A stretch of DNA of 64,000 bases, taken from positions 124,001-188,000 of the forward strand of contig NW_026930547.1 in NCBI RefSeq assembly GCF_032062105.1, given 5' to 3'. Each line of letters opens with the position of its first letter. Position 1 is the stretch's first letter. The notes under the pieces are model-generated. The model saw nothing but the letters and a program-made list of their open reading frames with translations. It ran no database searches and was not told the DNA's origin. Shown piece by piece: positions 41,224-53,934 of the stretch. This stretch comes from Saccostrea cucullata. Its lineage: Eukaryota. Position numbers and translations under genes: made by a program.

Positions 41224-41921
41224 AAGAACCACGAACGATAGTATTGTTCTCCCGCCTACCTCTAAGTCAATTTTCAAAAGTTAACAAATAAGAATGATTT
41301 TCAAAATTTTTATAGATAATTATATGAATTTTCATAAAACGTTACTTATTTGGGATATCAAAGAGAGATAAATCTATAATTTTGGCAAAACTTGTGTTTT
41401 TTACTATAGAAATCAACGGAAAACGGAAAATATTTTTAAAACATCTTTCCTCCCCATGAAACAAAAATTCCATTTTACAGGTAATATGGACTCTCATTTT
41501 ACAAATTTATGCCAAAGCTTTTGGTGTTTCACGGGGGGGAACATATGTTTATAGACAAAAAACGAAAAAAATGCGGATTTTTCACCAATTTTAAAGCTAT
41601 TTACAACTAAATAATTGTATTTTATTAATTAATATATGTTTTAATTATTTGCGTAAAACATAAGAAAAGATATTAGATACATTTTATCATATTTAAAACT
41701 ATTTCAAAATATGGTGATCCTTGAAAGTTCGATTTCACTAGAAAATATCGTCTACCCCCCTTTTTTTCAAGAACTGGAATTAATGATAATTTACTATCTA
41801 GCACTGGAATTAGAATGATTAATCAATTACCATAGAACTGTTCTTTGTATTAAACAAAGATTTAATGGCCAGATTGCCATTAAAATTTAATGCAAAATGT
41901 AGGCGGGAATTCGTAGTTCTT
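41224..41921. mobile_element. Non-autonomous DNA transposon of about 700 bp with imperfect TIRs
   Basis: aagaaccacgaa...cccgcctac / gtaggcgggaattcgtagttctt; absent at the paralogous site at about 26505. Confidence 0.65.
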
Positions 41922-42789
41922 AATGTTAATATAGGGAGCGTGCCGTTTTATTTATGAAAAATATTTCAAGTTAATGAAGTAATGAAAAACAAAATTGGTT
42001 TTGGTAAATAAAATGCAAATTTAGTTTAAAATGATACTTTATCACGGTATAATATAATGTTTAAAATATACTTTATCATGGTATAATATAAAGTTTAAAA
42101 TATTTGAATTTATTAAAAGTATGTCGTATATTGCATATTACAATTTATTCTATTTGATGTCAATCCATAGTTGATCAAGAAAAGATATACATAAGATGGG
42201 TTATTTAAAAAAAAAAAATTCTTAAGAACTATTGCGCCAGAAATTAAAAGATGAAACATACGCGGGCACTTCCTGAAAAATAAGCTAAAATATATTTTTA
42301 AAAAAGGAAAGGAATCCAGAATTATTAAAATAATTAAAAAACCAATTATTTGTCAACATATAAAATATGTGTATCAAATTATATATGACGCCTGTATAAA
42401 GAAAAAAGATTTTTCCCCTCTTTTTTTATTTCTAACTACAAAGCCATATCAGTTATAATTGATATTTAAGCATCCCGACAATGTATACATTCAGAAATCA
42501 CCTAAAATTAAGATGAAACATGGTAGGTGGTCACATTTTAATGGGAAAAGATGGTTGATATAATAACCTTGTCAACCAAAACAGTTTATCATTGAGTCAA
42601 ATGCTGTCTGAATTTCTAATACTGATTGTTAGGTCATTATTAACACACTGAGTTGTCCACATATTTTTTCCGTTTTTTTTCTCGAACATAAAAAGGAGCA
42701 AACGGCAAGTGTGACCGGTCAGCTTGAGATGTTCACTCCTCCGTAGCACCTGATCTCTGTCTAATTTCCTCATTATTTATTCCTTTTCT

Positions 42790-43640
42790 ATTATGCTTGT
42801 AAACATGTATAAAAATTGTAACTAAATTTACGACAAAATATTACTAATATTTCATCTGATATTTTTTAATAGAATACATCATAATTTGAAAAAAAAAAGC
42901 TTGTTTAACTATAATTCATAAAAAATTTTTAACAAATTAATCAATGTATATATAGGGAGTGTGTCGTTTTATCCGAGAAAAATATTCAGACAATGAAGTA
43001 ATAAGAAAGAAAATCTGTTTTGGTAAGTCAGATGAGGAATCTCGAAAATAAAATGCAAATATAGTTTTAAAATACTTTATTGTGGTAAAATATATTGTTT
43101 AAAATACTTGAATTTATTAAAAATGATATTGCACAGTGCATATTACATTTTATTCTATTTGATGTCATAGTTGATCAAGAAAAGATAAAAATAAGATGGG
43201 GTTATTAAAAAAAAATTTTAAGAACCATTGCGCCAGAAAAGGTATTCATACGTGGATGCTTCCTAAAAAAGTTAAATTATGTATAAAAAACGAAAGGAGT
43301 AGAGAAATATCCAAAGAACTAAAGAACCAATGATTTTTTTGAAAATATAACAATGAGTGGTGTTTTTTTTTCATTATGGACTTCGGATAAGAGTTGACTG
43401 AATTCAAGGATTTAATTATATATATCACGCCTGTATACAGGAAAACAATTCTCTGTTCTATGTTGCTTTCTAACTGCAAGTCCATATTACTCATATTGAT
43501 ATTTAAGCATTCCAATGATGTCTATTCAGAAACCACTTAAAATTAAGATGGAACATTGTTAGGAAAAGATGACCTTGTCAACAAATACAATTTATCATTG
43601 AGTTAAATGGTGACTGACTATTTTCATACTGATTGTTAGT
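42790..43640 (+). repeat. Older local duplication of 41060-42640 (lacking the 700-bp insertion)
   Basis: Collinear similarity, e.g. tttacgacaaaatattac, gcttgtttaactataattcataaaaa, gttgatcaagaaaagata, attcagaaa.cac.taaaattaagatg. Confidence 0.75.
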
Positions 43641-43855
43641 CCATTATTTACAAACTGAGTTGATTTTTCCTTTTTTCCCGAACATAACAAGGATCACATG
43701 GCGTACGTGACAGGTCGGCAGGGGATGCTTACTCCTCCATGACACCTGATCCCACCTCTGTGTTTTAAAGGTCCGTGGTTGTTTCGCTCCTATTTTGTAT
43801 TGTTTAATGGACTTCTGAGCTCGAATGCTGTTCGTTAACTCCACATATTTCATAT
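43570..43855 (+). mobile_element. Penelope-like element 3' end
   Basis: gtgacaggtcggcaggggatgcttactcctccatgacacctgatcccacctctg tail. Confidence 0.8.
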
Positions 43856-45679
43856 TAAGTTTTAGAAAGCCCATAAAGAAGAGAGGGGCATGGGTGAACG
43901 TTGTGGCGCATGAGCCCTTTTAAATTGAACAGGCACACAACTTTACAATTTTAATATTCCCTTTTGTTTTAAAGAAAAGATCAAGAAATTCTCCCCATTG
44001 TTTACCATTTATAGTGTTGATAACTGATGTTGATCAATTTTATTGTAAAAAAAAAAATTCATAAACAGCATTAAGAAATTCTTCCTTGCTGTTTTTTCTC
44101 AGGGTCGCATCGGAAGTTTATGTTAAAAAGGGTTTTTTTGGAATATCTGATACAGTATCTGAAGGCCTCAGACGATGTACTGAAGAACTATAATTATAGA
44201 TACCACACTTCTATTTCAATTTCCTAATTAAATTCTTTTTTCATTTGGTACTGACGCCTATGTTTGGTTGTGTGAATACCATTTCCTAGTTACAAGTTCT
44301 ATACAACCTACGAATATAGGAGCTTTGCAAACATATTTTTTATAGATAACGTTACATTGGTAAATTTACGGTGGGCTTTATAAACTTAGAATTTAAAAGA
44401 AATATAATACAAATTCTCTCTACCTGCATCTTCCAATCTTGGGTATCGAAAATATTAATTCCTTCTTGTGGGCTAAACGAAAATAATCAGTTTTAAGAAA
44501 TACACCCTAATTTGTTAGAATTTTTCCAATAGCGATTTAAAAAATTAGCATGCGAAAAAAGTTTTCAAATATCAATATAAAATTTTGTGTATCCCATGAT
44601 TCACATCATGTAAAATTTAGAAATATTGATATAAAAAAATTAATAGTAAAATCAAAAGCTCCAGACAACCATCAGTTTTTTATTAAATCGTTACGGTATT
44701 TCGTTGACCCGCGTTTAAATCGGCACTGCATGATTCTATAAGTCATCCTTTCCCACAAATGAAAATTTTTGCAATGCCATTCAAGTTTGAATAGTTTACA
44801 AGATACTGGTTGATGTAAAGTTATATGTTAACAAAGAAAAAAATTAAACTTTGCATCGTTTTACATGCAAAACCATTTACTACGTTAAATTAGCGATGCT
44901 GCTCCGGGTCGATGACATATGCATGTTTATCAATTTCGAAACTTTTATATTTATATGAAATTTTGCATAATTATTTTATACTTTCTTTATACAATGTTTG
45001 AATTTTATGAAATTATTAAAAATGTCATTGTCTCAATAATTTGTGTTACTTTGGTAAATTTACGGTGGGTTTTATAAACTTCATTTAGACATATAACACA
45101 AATTCTCTCCCTTCTTCCAATCTTGGGTATTATTAATTCCTTCTTGGGGCTGAACAAGTATCATGTTTAATAAATACACCCTAATTTGTTCCTTTTACCA
45201 AATCGATTTCATTAGCATACAGTTTTCAATATCAATATAAAACCCATGATTCACATCATGTAAAATTTAGAAATATTAAATACTTCTAAAATTCCCCAGT
45301 TTCCTGAAAGCAAGATAATCTATGAATAACAAGTGCGTGTTCTTAACGGTCTACAAGTAAATACAAAAGGAGGAAGAAGTTTCGATTTTTTTTCCTTTTT
45401 GTGGTGGTATCTTGTCATATTAATAATAGCTCCCACTGTCAGTATTGCAGAACCTAGTGTAAGTACAAAATTTATCTCTCCAATTCTCTCAAAGGCATGT
45501 CTTTTCACCACTCGCATTCTAATGTTGTAATATTTGAATGTTAATTATGAAGATATGTAGAAAATAATGTTAGTCCCTCAACGATATGTGTCAGAACAGT
45601 ATAGATAGGATTCCTTATGTGACTTACACTGTATATTACTTTTTTGCTTTTAAAGAAATTTTTAACAACCCTCCCCCCT

Positions 45680-45680
<1 letters not shown>

Positions 45681-45710
<30 letters not shown>
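45681..45710 (+). repeat. (CA)15 microsatellite
   Basis: Read directly. Confidence 0.97.
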
Positions 45711-45714
<4 letters not shown>

Positions 45715-45836
45715 ACTGTATGCACATGACCTGCCACAATATTTCACAGCATATAATTGAATAGATTATTTATTCCTAATCATCTTAACATTTAAGTGCA
45801 AAGCCATGCTACATCAAATTGTTTTTCTCAATCAGA

Positions 45837-46274
45837 ATGGCAGTTTGGGTAACAACATTTGGGTCGCACATACCAGAAGGAGCAATGAGAGGTGGATTTG
45901 AGGCTGATGGTCGACCTCTCTTTATCGCTCGGGCACAGATTGAAGGAATCATGACGCCCGGAAAATGTGGATTTCACCTTCCTGGAGCGCTGTTCCCATT
46001 CGGCATGACAGAACAATCTTCCTATATGTACGAGGTGCTGGTCCATCCAACAAGAAGTCGCGATTTTTTCGACTGGCAGAGGGCTTCCGAAGGCAAGGTG
46101 CCGCCAAATGCTTACAAGACGGACAAAGACACGTATATTGGTAGAGCTTTCTACCAAGGAAATCTATTGCCAGGGAAAATTGCCACGGGACATCCTCACT
46201 GGTGTGCATACATTGGTTATAGAGGGAATGAAATTAGTACGAAGGATTATGAGGTTCTTTGTCAGTTAAAATAA
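45837..46274 (+). CDS. DM9 lectin copy 8, intact, 145 aa
   Basis: atcAG|a precedes ATG 45837; the track start at 45819 is an intronic TTG. Two DM9 repeats, with GALFPF in place of GAHIPY. Confidence 0.9.
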   Translation: MAVWVTTFGSHIPEGAMRGGFEADGRPLFIARAQIEGIMTPGKCGFHLPGALFPFGMTEQSSYMYEVLVHPTRSRDFFDWQRASEGKVPPNAYKTDKDTYIGRAFYQGNLLPGKIATGHPHWCAYIGYRGNEISTKDYEVLCQLK

Positions 46275-46586
46275 AACTGTGCGAAAATTTATGAACGCTT
46301 TCATGAATTGATATTTGTAAAAGAATTAATGTTGTGTAGACAACAACACCAGTTTCTGTGAAATTATTTAAATTGAGGGGTATTTTTAGTGGAAGGAAAA
46401 AATATTTGCCTCGAGGGTATTTGATATTGTGGTTTAAGAACAACTAAATTGTATTTTGAAATTTTAATATTTCTTATAAATTCCAGGATTTTTTCATGAA
46501 AACATTAATAATTGAACTCCTAAAAAATTTGTGATTTCACAGTTTCCTCATAATTGAAATGCAGTTAGTTTTTAAGCATCGTTTAA

Positions 46587-47591
46587 GGAGGAAGAGCCAG
46601 TAAGATGAGGAAAAAAAATGGACAATAAATATTTCCCATAGTTTATAAAGAACGAGGGCGCTTTTGATTGGCATTTGGCAGGAATCTGGGCGTAATTGAA
46701 AAGTGAAAATTTTATTGACATGTCACATGAAATTTTATAATTTTTTTAATTTATCGGATTCCTGTGCAACAGGAAAGGAAAATATTTTCCCGAAATTAAG
46801 CTTTCGTTTGCTAAAAAAATAACTTGAAAATTGGCCAAATCAGACATTTGGTACAAAATGGTACATTTTTGAACACGTTTTTCTTAAATTTTTCTATCTC
46901 TGGGTCTTCTCTCCATGATTTTGAAACGTTATTTTTGTGTATTTTAATTCAAAGAAACGAATACACTTTTTTAAAAAATGGAGAGAAGACCCAGAGACCA
47001 CGAAAAATTAACTTTTTCCAAAAAATCCAAATGTGTGAATGTGGTGCTTCTTTGTCCTTTTAAAATCAACTCTATTCATGTAGCGGTGATAGCTCAGTAA
47101 GTTGGGCCCATGTTCAGTACACTCGAAGCGGAAAGTTTTTGGTTCGAGCCTGGCAAAGGGCGTTATTTTTTTCATGCAAACAACCATTTATTTTGTCTGT
47201 TTCGTTTTATGTACTGATGTATTAAAATTTTGAATTAGATAAATTTTGGTTCAGTTTGGTTCTCGAGCAAAATCAATTTTAATCTTCTAATCTATAATGT
47301 ACATGAACAAGTATTATGCATCTATGCATTAAATATTTTAGGTGTTTATTTTTTGTGAAACATTACTAATGTTATTGTAACCCCTAGGAAAAACGGACAT
47401 AAATGTTAAAATTTCACAAGGTCTTTCAAACTAAATGAAAAAACCTATGGACGTGTTCGTAAAATCTGACCAGCTATGTTCAGCCAACCAAATCATGGAC
47501 ATTTAAACCATAAATGTTTCGTACAAATGATTCCTGCAGATCACTCGCCAAATGCGCCCATCTTCTTACTGGTTCAGTTAGTATGTCCTCC
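46587..47591. mobile_element. Probable Kolobok-like non-autonomous element with an internal tRNA-like segment
   Basis: ttaa|ggagga..ccagtaaga ... tcttactgg..tcctcc|ttat. A/B-box-like tagctcagtaag and ggttcgagcc at about 47090-47150. Confidence 0.45.
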
Positions 47592-47789
47592 TTATCCTAT
47601 TATAGCTGTTCTCTCATCAAATTTCTTGAACTTTTTAAGATATTTCACTGAAAAAATATATATAATTGAAGTTTAACCTCTTTATCTTATCAGATCCTTT
47701 AAAAAATATATAGGCAAAGATCTCAACAGTATTTTTTACGAATTCATTATACCAGTTCTATTATAGACGAAATGACCCAATGAAGAAAC

Positions 47790-48600
47790 ACAATCTGTTA
47801 CTGGGTCAAATGCTGAATGATGATTTGTTATTTTGTTATTGCCACGTCATTATGTACACACTGAAATTTCTACAGATTTTCCCGTTCCCCGAATTATAAG
47901 CTCACGGTACACTACTCGATCCATGGCACCTGATTAAATCTTATCCCACCTCTGGTCTTTTTGTTCTTGTTTGCTCTGCTCCAAATTTGTATTTTTGAAA
48001 TGGACTTTCAGCTTTAAACCTCATCATCCAGTCACACCCGTCGGTGCTCCTGTGAATAGGAAAATCCCTAAACAATTCAGTTTGTAAATTATAGCCTAAC
48101 AATTACAATGTAGTATGAAAAACATCCATTAGCATTGGGCTTAATGATAGATATTTGCTGAAAAGGTCATTGCATAGACCATAGAATTTGCAAAATGATT
48201 ACTTTAAACGAGTCTGTTCATATTCTTGTTCCATAAATTTGTTTGTCATTTACTTACCTCGTTTAAAAATGTTCGTGAGTTGAACATGCTCTTGTATATA
48301 TCAAACAATTGAGAAATAATTACCCCGAATTTAGATTATTAGGGTATATTGCTACATATCTAAGGGAAGTTGACGATTGAAAAGTTGAAGTCATTATATT
48401 TATCAGAAAACTTGATTGCTAGGTTATCATTAACGTCTTTTCATAGTAAAATATCCAGATATGATGCACATAACTATGTGTCGGTTTTAATTCAAGTTCA
48501 CGGGGATATATAGTGTCAACGTACGAGTGAAAATAACTATTGTTAATAGATTATACGTCGTCTTCGAACACCTAGAAATCGAGTTGAAGATCATCGCTAT
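47790..48600. mobile_element. Degenerate tail-to-tail Penelope-like fragments
   Basis: A + strand 3' tail at 47790-48010 and a - strand RT C-terminus at 48025-48600 (gggaagttgacgattgaaaagttgaagtc). Confidence 0.65.
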
Positions 48601-49154
48601 TGACTAAGTCCTCTTTCCTTGGCGGAAATTCGTAGAGATAACTTGTGCCATATCTATCCTTACACCTGTTTAGTGTGAATTCTATGCAGATTGATCTCAA
48701 CAAAATTAATCTTTTTTGCTCTTTCCTTCTTTTTATTTCTAAATGTTTACATTCAGTCTAATTTTCCTTATGAAATCCGTAAGAAATCTACGACGTTCAA
48801 ATTTCTATATCACAAAGGGAAACCTTGTCAGCGCGCGTTAGAATACACAGTAGGAACTATATGCATTTTCAATACTCTCGGAACACCAAAATGTAAAATG
48901 TTTTATTTCAATTTAATGAAAAACTACACCCCTGAAAAATTAACGTAAAATTAACGTAATGTGCGTTAGAAATTAATTTGTCACTTTTTCCTCGTAATGT
49001 TTGCGTTATTTAACTTTGCAACGTCATTTAACGTCATTTGACGTCACACACGACTCTTACACCTATTTCCCACGGCAGTTTTGAAGGGCGCTAAATTCAC
49101 ATTTAAGATTAACGAAATAAGCAATTATGAAGAAGGAAAATTAGAGAATGTAAA

Positions 49155-49266
49155 TATAAGCATTGAATTCATATTTTTGGATGCTAACGCGCGGTATTCA
49201 ATTTATCGGCACGGCCAGGTGTGTTATAGGACCGAAGACATCCAAAAATATGAATTCAATGCTTAA
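49155..49266. repeat. Palindromic element
   Basis: taagcattgaattcatatttttggatg ... catccaaaaatatgaattcaatgctta. Confidence 0.75.
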
Positions 49267-49618
49267 ATGAACACCTAGTATGTCTTTTTTCTAAAAAAAA
49301 AAAAAGAAAAGAAAAGAAAAAAAAGAAAAGAAAATAGATGTTTTAAAACAGGCGCTTGTTTGGTATTCAGATGAACCCTACTTATTTTTACCAAACGGTA
49401 CCTGATTCAATTTAAGCCAAACCCACTTCAAGCCAGTACTTTATCAATACATCGATCAATTAACCCTGCTTTAATAAGACATCTTCGCTTCTAGCAGTTT
49501 ATTCCTTTAAATTTTAAGAATTTAGATTGGATACAAGAACTTCCGGTTATTGGTGTAGTGTAGGATGAAACCAGGTGCTTCACAAAATCAGAAGTCCCTG
49601 GTTTAACCATGCACTATC

Positions 49619-49690
49619 TATAAATAACCGGAAGTTCTACTGTCTGTCCCATCTGACATGTCTAAAGTTTTATCATGTCGTAAGGTAATT
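49619..49690 (+). promoter_or_regulatory. Candidate TATA box and leader exon of DM9 copy 9
   Basis: TATAAATA at 49619-26 followed by taag|gtaatt at 49684/49685. Confidence 0.45.
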
Positions 49691-51463
49691 TTCGAGGAAT
49701 AAATAAGTGTTTTACAATGAAGAGAATTGATCAAAGACGTCTTGAACGATATGTTAGAAAAGAGGGAAGTCTCTAGAAGTGAGATATATCTTATTGAAGC
49801 AGTTAATGAATGATGAATTGATAAAAATACTGGCTTGGAGTGGGTGTGGCTGAAATTGAGTTTGGTGGTACCTTGTACTGAAAATAAGTAGGAATGCCCT
49901 GTACACGAAAGAAATGTCTCTGTTTCAAACACAAGCTTTGAAAATCTTTTTGACATGAAACTTTGAATTTCATGATAATTGATAAATTTTAACAAGGAAT
50001 TAGGTTCAGACTGTAAATTGTTTCTAGATTTAGTAAATATTTGCATTTTGTGTACGTCTGAAAAGATGCAGTTATCCATTTATACAAATTTATTTTCAGG
50101 CCTCATGACAGAAATGAGAAAATCATTAGAAATATATTACTATAATTAAATGAAAATATAAAAATTAAAAAAAAAAGAGAGAAAGAAATGTGCTTTTCAA
50201 ATGACCCACACCTGCTTTGTTATTTTATGTTTTCCCTTCCCGAAATGCATAGTTTTGAACGGACCAAATCATCAAATTATAATTGAAATATGTTGAATTA
50301 CAGATTTAAAAATTACGATGTTTTCTCTCCTACTTGATATATTTTCCCTTTCTTTTTTATCCAACTCTTTCCTATTTCATTCATATATCATCTTTATGTT
50401 ACATATAAATTATATACCTCTGACCAGTTGTATATATAATGTATATAATTTTGTTATTTGAACCCCATTTATCAATCGTGGTTTGGGTGAATAAAATGAA
50501 CACGAACTTGAACAAATGAAGTTGAACATTGATACACTGTAATTGCTTGAATCTTTATCCATTAGATACATGAAATAATAATTCCTCCTCTTGTATTCAA
50601 GCACAAAACAGGGAACATATAACTAGGAATTTCCTTTAATGCTATAAAAAGCATGATATTTTTGAATTATTTTGCTATTTTGTCTCTGGAAAACTCAAAG
50701 ACATTTGTTGTTTATCAATAAATCATTTGTAAAAGAAGGAAATAACCCAAATTATAAAAATATGCAACTTTTTATTTGCAATCTTAAAATTTTCTGCATC
50801 TGTTCATACACTGGTCATTTGAAGGTCTGTATCATTTTCTTTTGAGATTTTGATTTTTTTTCTTGAAAGTTTTGAATTTTTAATGTCTTATTTTAACCGC
50901 GTATTAGAATACCCTAGTTTACCAAAAGTTAAAGTACAAAACGATACTCATAAAATTCATAGTGGCAATCTCATTTACTGAATTTATTTTAATTAATTAC
51001 TCACATTTATAATATCTATACTTTACTTAAAAATTGTTTTGTGTGTACAAAGTTTCAATTCATAATTATAATGTGTACACTTGTTGTTCGTTCATTTCTA
51101 TGTATTCTTAACAGGCACTTTTTTCGGAAATAAATTTAACCCATAGTATCAGATCAAGTTACCCCAAGTACCATCCAACTTTTCTAGGTTTCCAACTTTT
51201 AATCCAAGTTTGGAAGAAAATCTTTATTACTAATGGTGCTTTCATTTTAAGTTTTGTACACATGGTCCTGTACTTTTGTAAATTTTGAAATATTTCCCCT
51301 ATTTTCGTACATTTGACCCCCTCCCGCAAACACACGGCTATAGTTCTTGAAAAATTAAATTCTACCACAGACATGCTGCTAGCAATTTAACTGATGTCCA
51401 TTTGACATTCTCAATTTATATACTTCTATTGTTAGTATATTATTTTTTTTTTCAAATTTCAGT

Positions 51464-51901
51464 ATGGCAGTTTGGGTTACAACAACCGGGTCAAACATAC
51501 CAGAGGGGGCAATAAGGGGTGGATATGAGGCGGATGGGAAACCACTTTTTATTGCCCGAGCACAAATTGAAGGCGTCATGACGCCTGGAAAATGTGGAAA
51601 TCACCTTCCTGGAGCTCATATTCCATATGGCATGAAGGAACAAATCTTCAAACAGTACGAAGTGTTGGTTCATCCCTCGGGTAATCCTGGATTTTTAGAT
51701 TGGCAGAAGGTTTCTAACGGCAACGTGCCACCGAATGCCTATAGGACCGACAATGATACGTATGTTGGGAGAGCTTTCTACCAGGGGAGTTTAGTGCCAG
51801 GGAAAGTTGCTTCTTCTGAGCCTCACAAGTGTGCATACATCGGTCACGGGGGCCAAGAAATCAGTGTAAAGGAATGTGAGGTTCTGTGTCAGATGAAATA
51901 A
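51464..51901 (+). CDS. DM9 lectin copy 9, intact, 145 aa (closest overall to copy 1)
   Basis: tttcAG|t precedes the ATG; two DM9 repeats. Confidence 0.93.
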   Translation: MAVWVTTTGSNIPEGAIRGGYEADGKPLFIARAQIEGVMTPGKCGNHLPGAHIPYGMKEQIFKQYEVLVHPSGNPGFLDWQKVSNGNVPPNAYRTDNDTYVGRAFYQGSLVPGKVASSEPHKCAYIGHGGQEISVKECEVLCQMK

Positions 51902-52682
51902 TTTGGGAACAATATTCTGATTTCGTGAAAGTATAAAAATAAATTTCGAAGGAATAAAAATGAACTTGATATCTATTGAAAAGCAGAGTAAAAATAATAC
52001 ATAGTAAAAATTCTTGTACATTATAAAAAGAATCAAGTTTTTATAAAATTTAAGCTTTGAATTTGAAATAAGCAAAAACACTAATGTAGATAAAAGTTTA
52101 TAGATTTTTTCCATTTTAACTTGAAGTTTTTAGGTTCTGGAAAAGTGAAAGAAAGATGATGTTTATCTTCTTTTTGTCATTATAACCTTTCTTAATATAA
52201 GTACAAAGATGGAATAGAAAGTTAGTGAATCAGAGGCCCTCATGATAGAGTTATTACTACGTGCAACATATCTTCCAAACCATTTCTGTTCGTGAAAAGA
52301 GAAAAAACAATACATATTGTTTTAAAGTAGATTTAAAAGTGAATAAAATCTCAAGTTCAAGGTCATGGTGTGAGGGCAACTGTTACTTACAAAGTTCTTT
52401 CAATAAGCAACATAATGTTCAAAAATCGTTTTTTTCCCATTTACCCTGAAAATGACTGAAAGAGCATCTGATGTCATAGGAGGAATTATGATAGAGTATA
52501 CACTTTATTGAATGATATGATTAAAAATGTGAAGTGAAAAGAAGGAAATACACTGTAAAATTAAAACAATACAAATAAGGAGCAGAAAAAACACGGATTT
52601 CCAAATAAACCTGAGGCAGGATCAGGTGTCATGGAGAAAAAACATCCCCTATTGACCGGTCTCACCCACTTTAAACTCCTTG

Positions 52683-52806
52683 CACAGGCACTTGACGTTT
52701 TTAACCTTTTCCTTTCATAAATAAAAATATCCCTTGTACTATAATAATAGTATATGGGGATATTTTTATTTATGAAAAGAAAGGTTAAAACGTCAAGCGC
52801 CTGTGT
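52683..52806. mobile_element. Foldback MITE inserted in a Penelope 3' tail (52560-52830, -)
   Basis: cacaggcacttgacgttttta...atatccc / gggatat...taaaacgtcaagcgcctgtg; the host tail resumes with ctccttgtcatgatc. Confidence 0.75.
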
Positions 52807-53934
52807 CTCCTTGTCATGATCGAGTAACTGATCTGTAAATTCTACGTCACAGTCCATATCAATCTTCAATATATTGAGTGGGAATTCAGTCTGAAAAATC
52901 AATTTCAATGCAGCTATATATATATTTAAATTTCCCCTGTTTCCTTATCGCTAATTTAGAACAGGGAATACAATATTGGAAATTTTGGATCAGAGATTAT
53001 TGAAACGATATATTTTAAGTACATTTTGCTAAATTTGTCTCTACTTCTGTCTAAATCTAATATATTATTTCCTTCAGTGATTAAAATCGTGTAAAAAAAA
53101 TACTGGTATATATCTTTATTATTTCGGTATAGGAGGAAATATCATAAATTCCATTTAACATTGACACTCAAAACTAGTGATTTTAAATTAACATTCCTAC
53201 ATATTTTTTTTCGCGCTTGTTTTGTACAAACCCTTGTCCATCGATAGGTATGTATTTTTTTTTATTTTGATTAACACCAAACAGAGGTGAACAAGGATCT
53301 ACGTATCTTAGTGTCGTATTTACATACAATTTTTTATCATTATGATTAACTCACAAATACCATAAAATTAGCAGAAGAAGCCATTATTATGGCGCACGAT
53401 TCCATAATATTTAAGTTTGATGGAAGTGTACTTATTTTTAACTTCTATACTTCTTGATGGAGGAACTTGAAAAATTAGCTCACAGTACATAATTATTCAG
53501 TAATGATCAATGCTAGCGATTGAATGTATGGATATTAAAATATTTTTTCCTCTTGAAATTAATGTTCCACCTATTAACAATATTAAGCAGAACTCTTCTT
53601 AAGGTTCAGTTTTTAAAAAGATAAACTGGAATTATATATTCGGGATGTAGAAAGATAAATTTTTAATATAGTGTTACATTAGCAAGTTATTATTTTATCA
53701 TAAATTTACACATTCACGTGAACTACTAGTATCTTCCTGTTATATAAATACTACAAAAGAGGAAACTATAGCTCAGCCATAATTGTACAGGATACAGCAA
53801 AATCCTGTTTGTAAAATTATCAGTAATATTTAAATTTTCATATTTTTTTTTTCGCTATATAAATTAAGCATAGAATAATATTTTATTTTATTATTTAGTT
53901 AATATAAAGACTACTCTAAATATTAACGTTTTCA

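Noticed and set aside
47083-47162. tRNA gene
   Set aside because: A and B boxes are present but no acceptable cloverleaf or anticodon arm could be folded.
49618-50079. 153-aa minus-strand ORF
   Set aside because: No recognisable motifs; it overlaps the probable leader and intron of copy 9 on the opposite strand.
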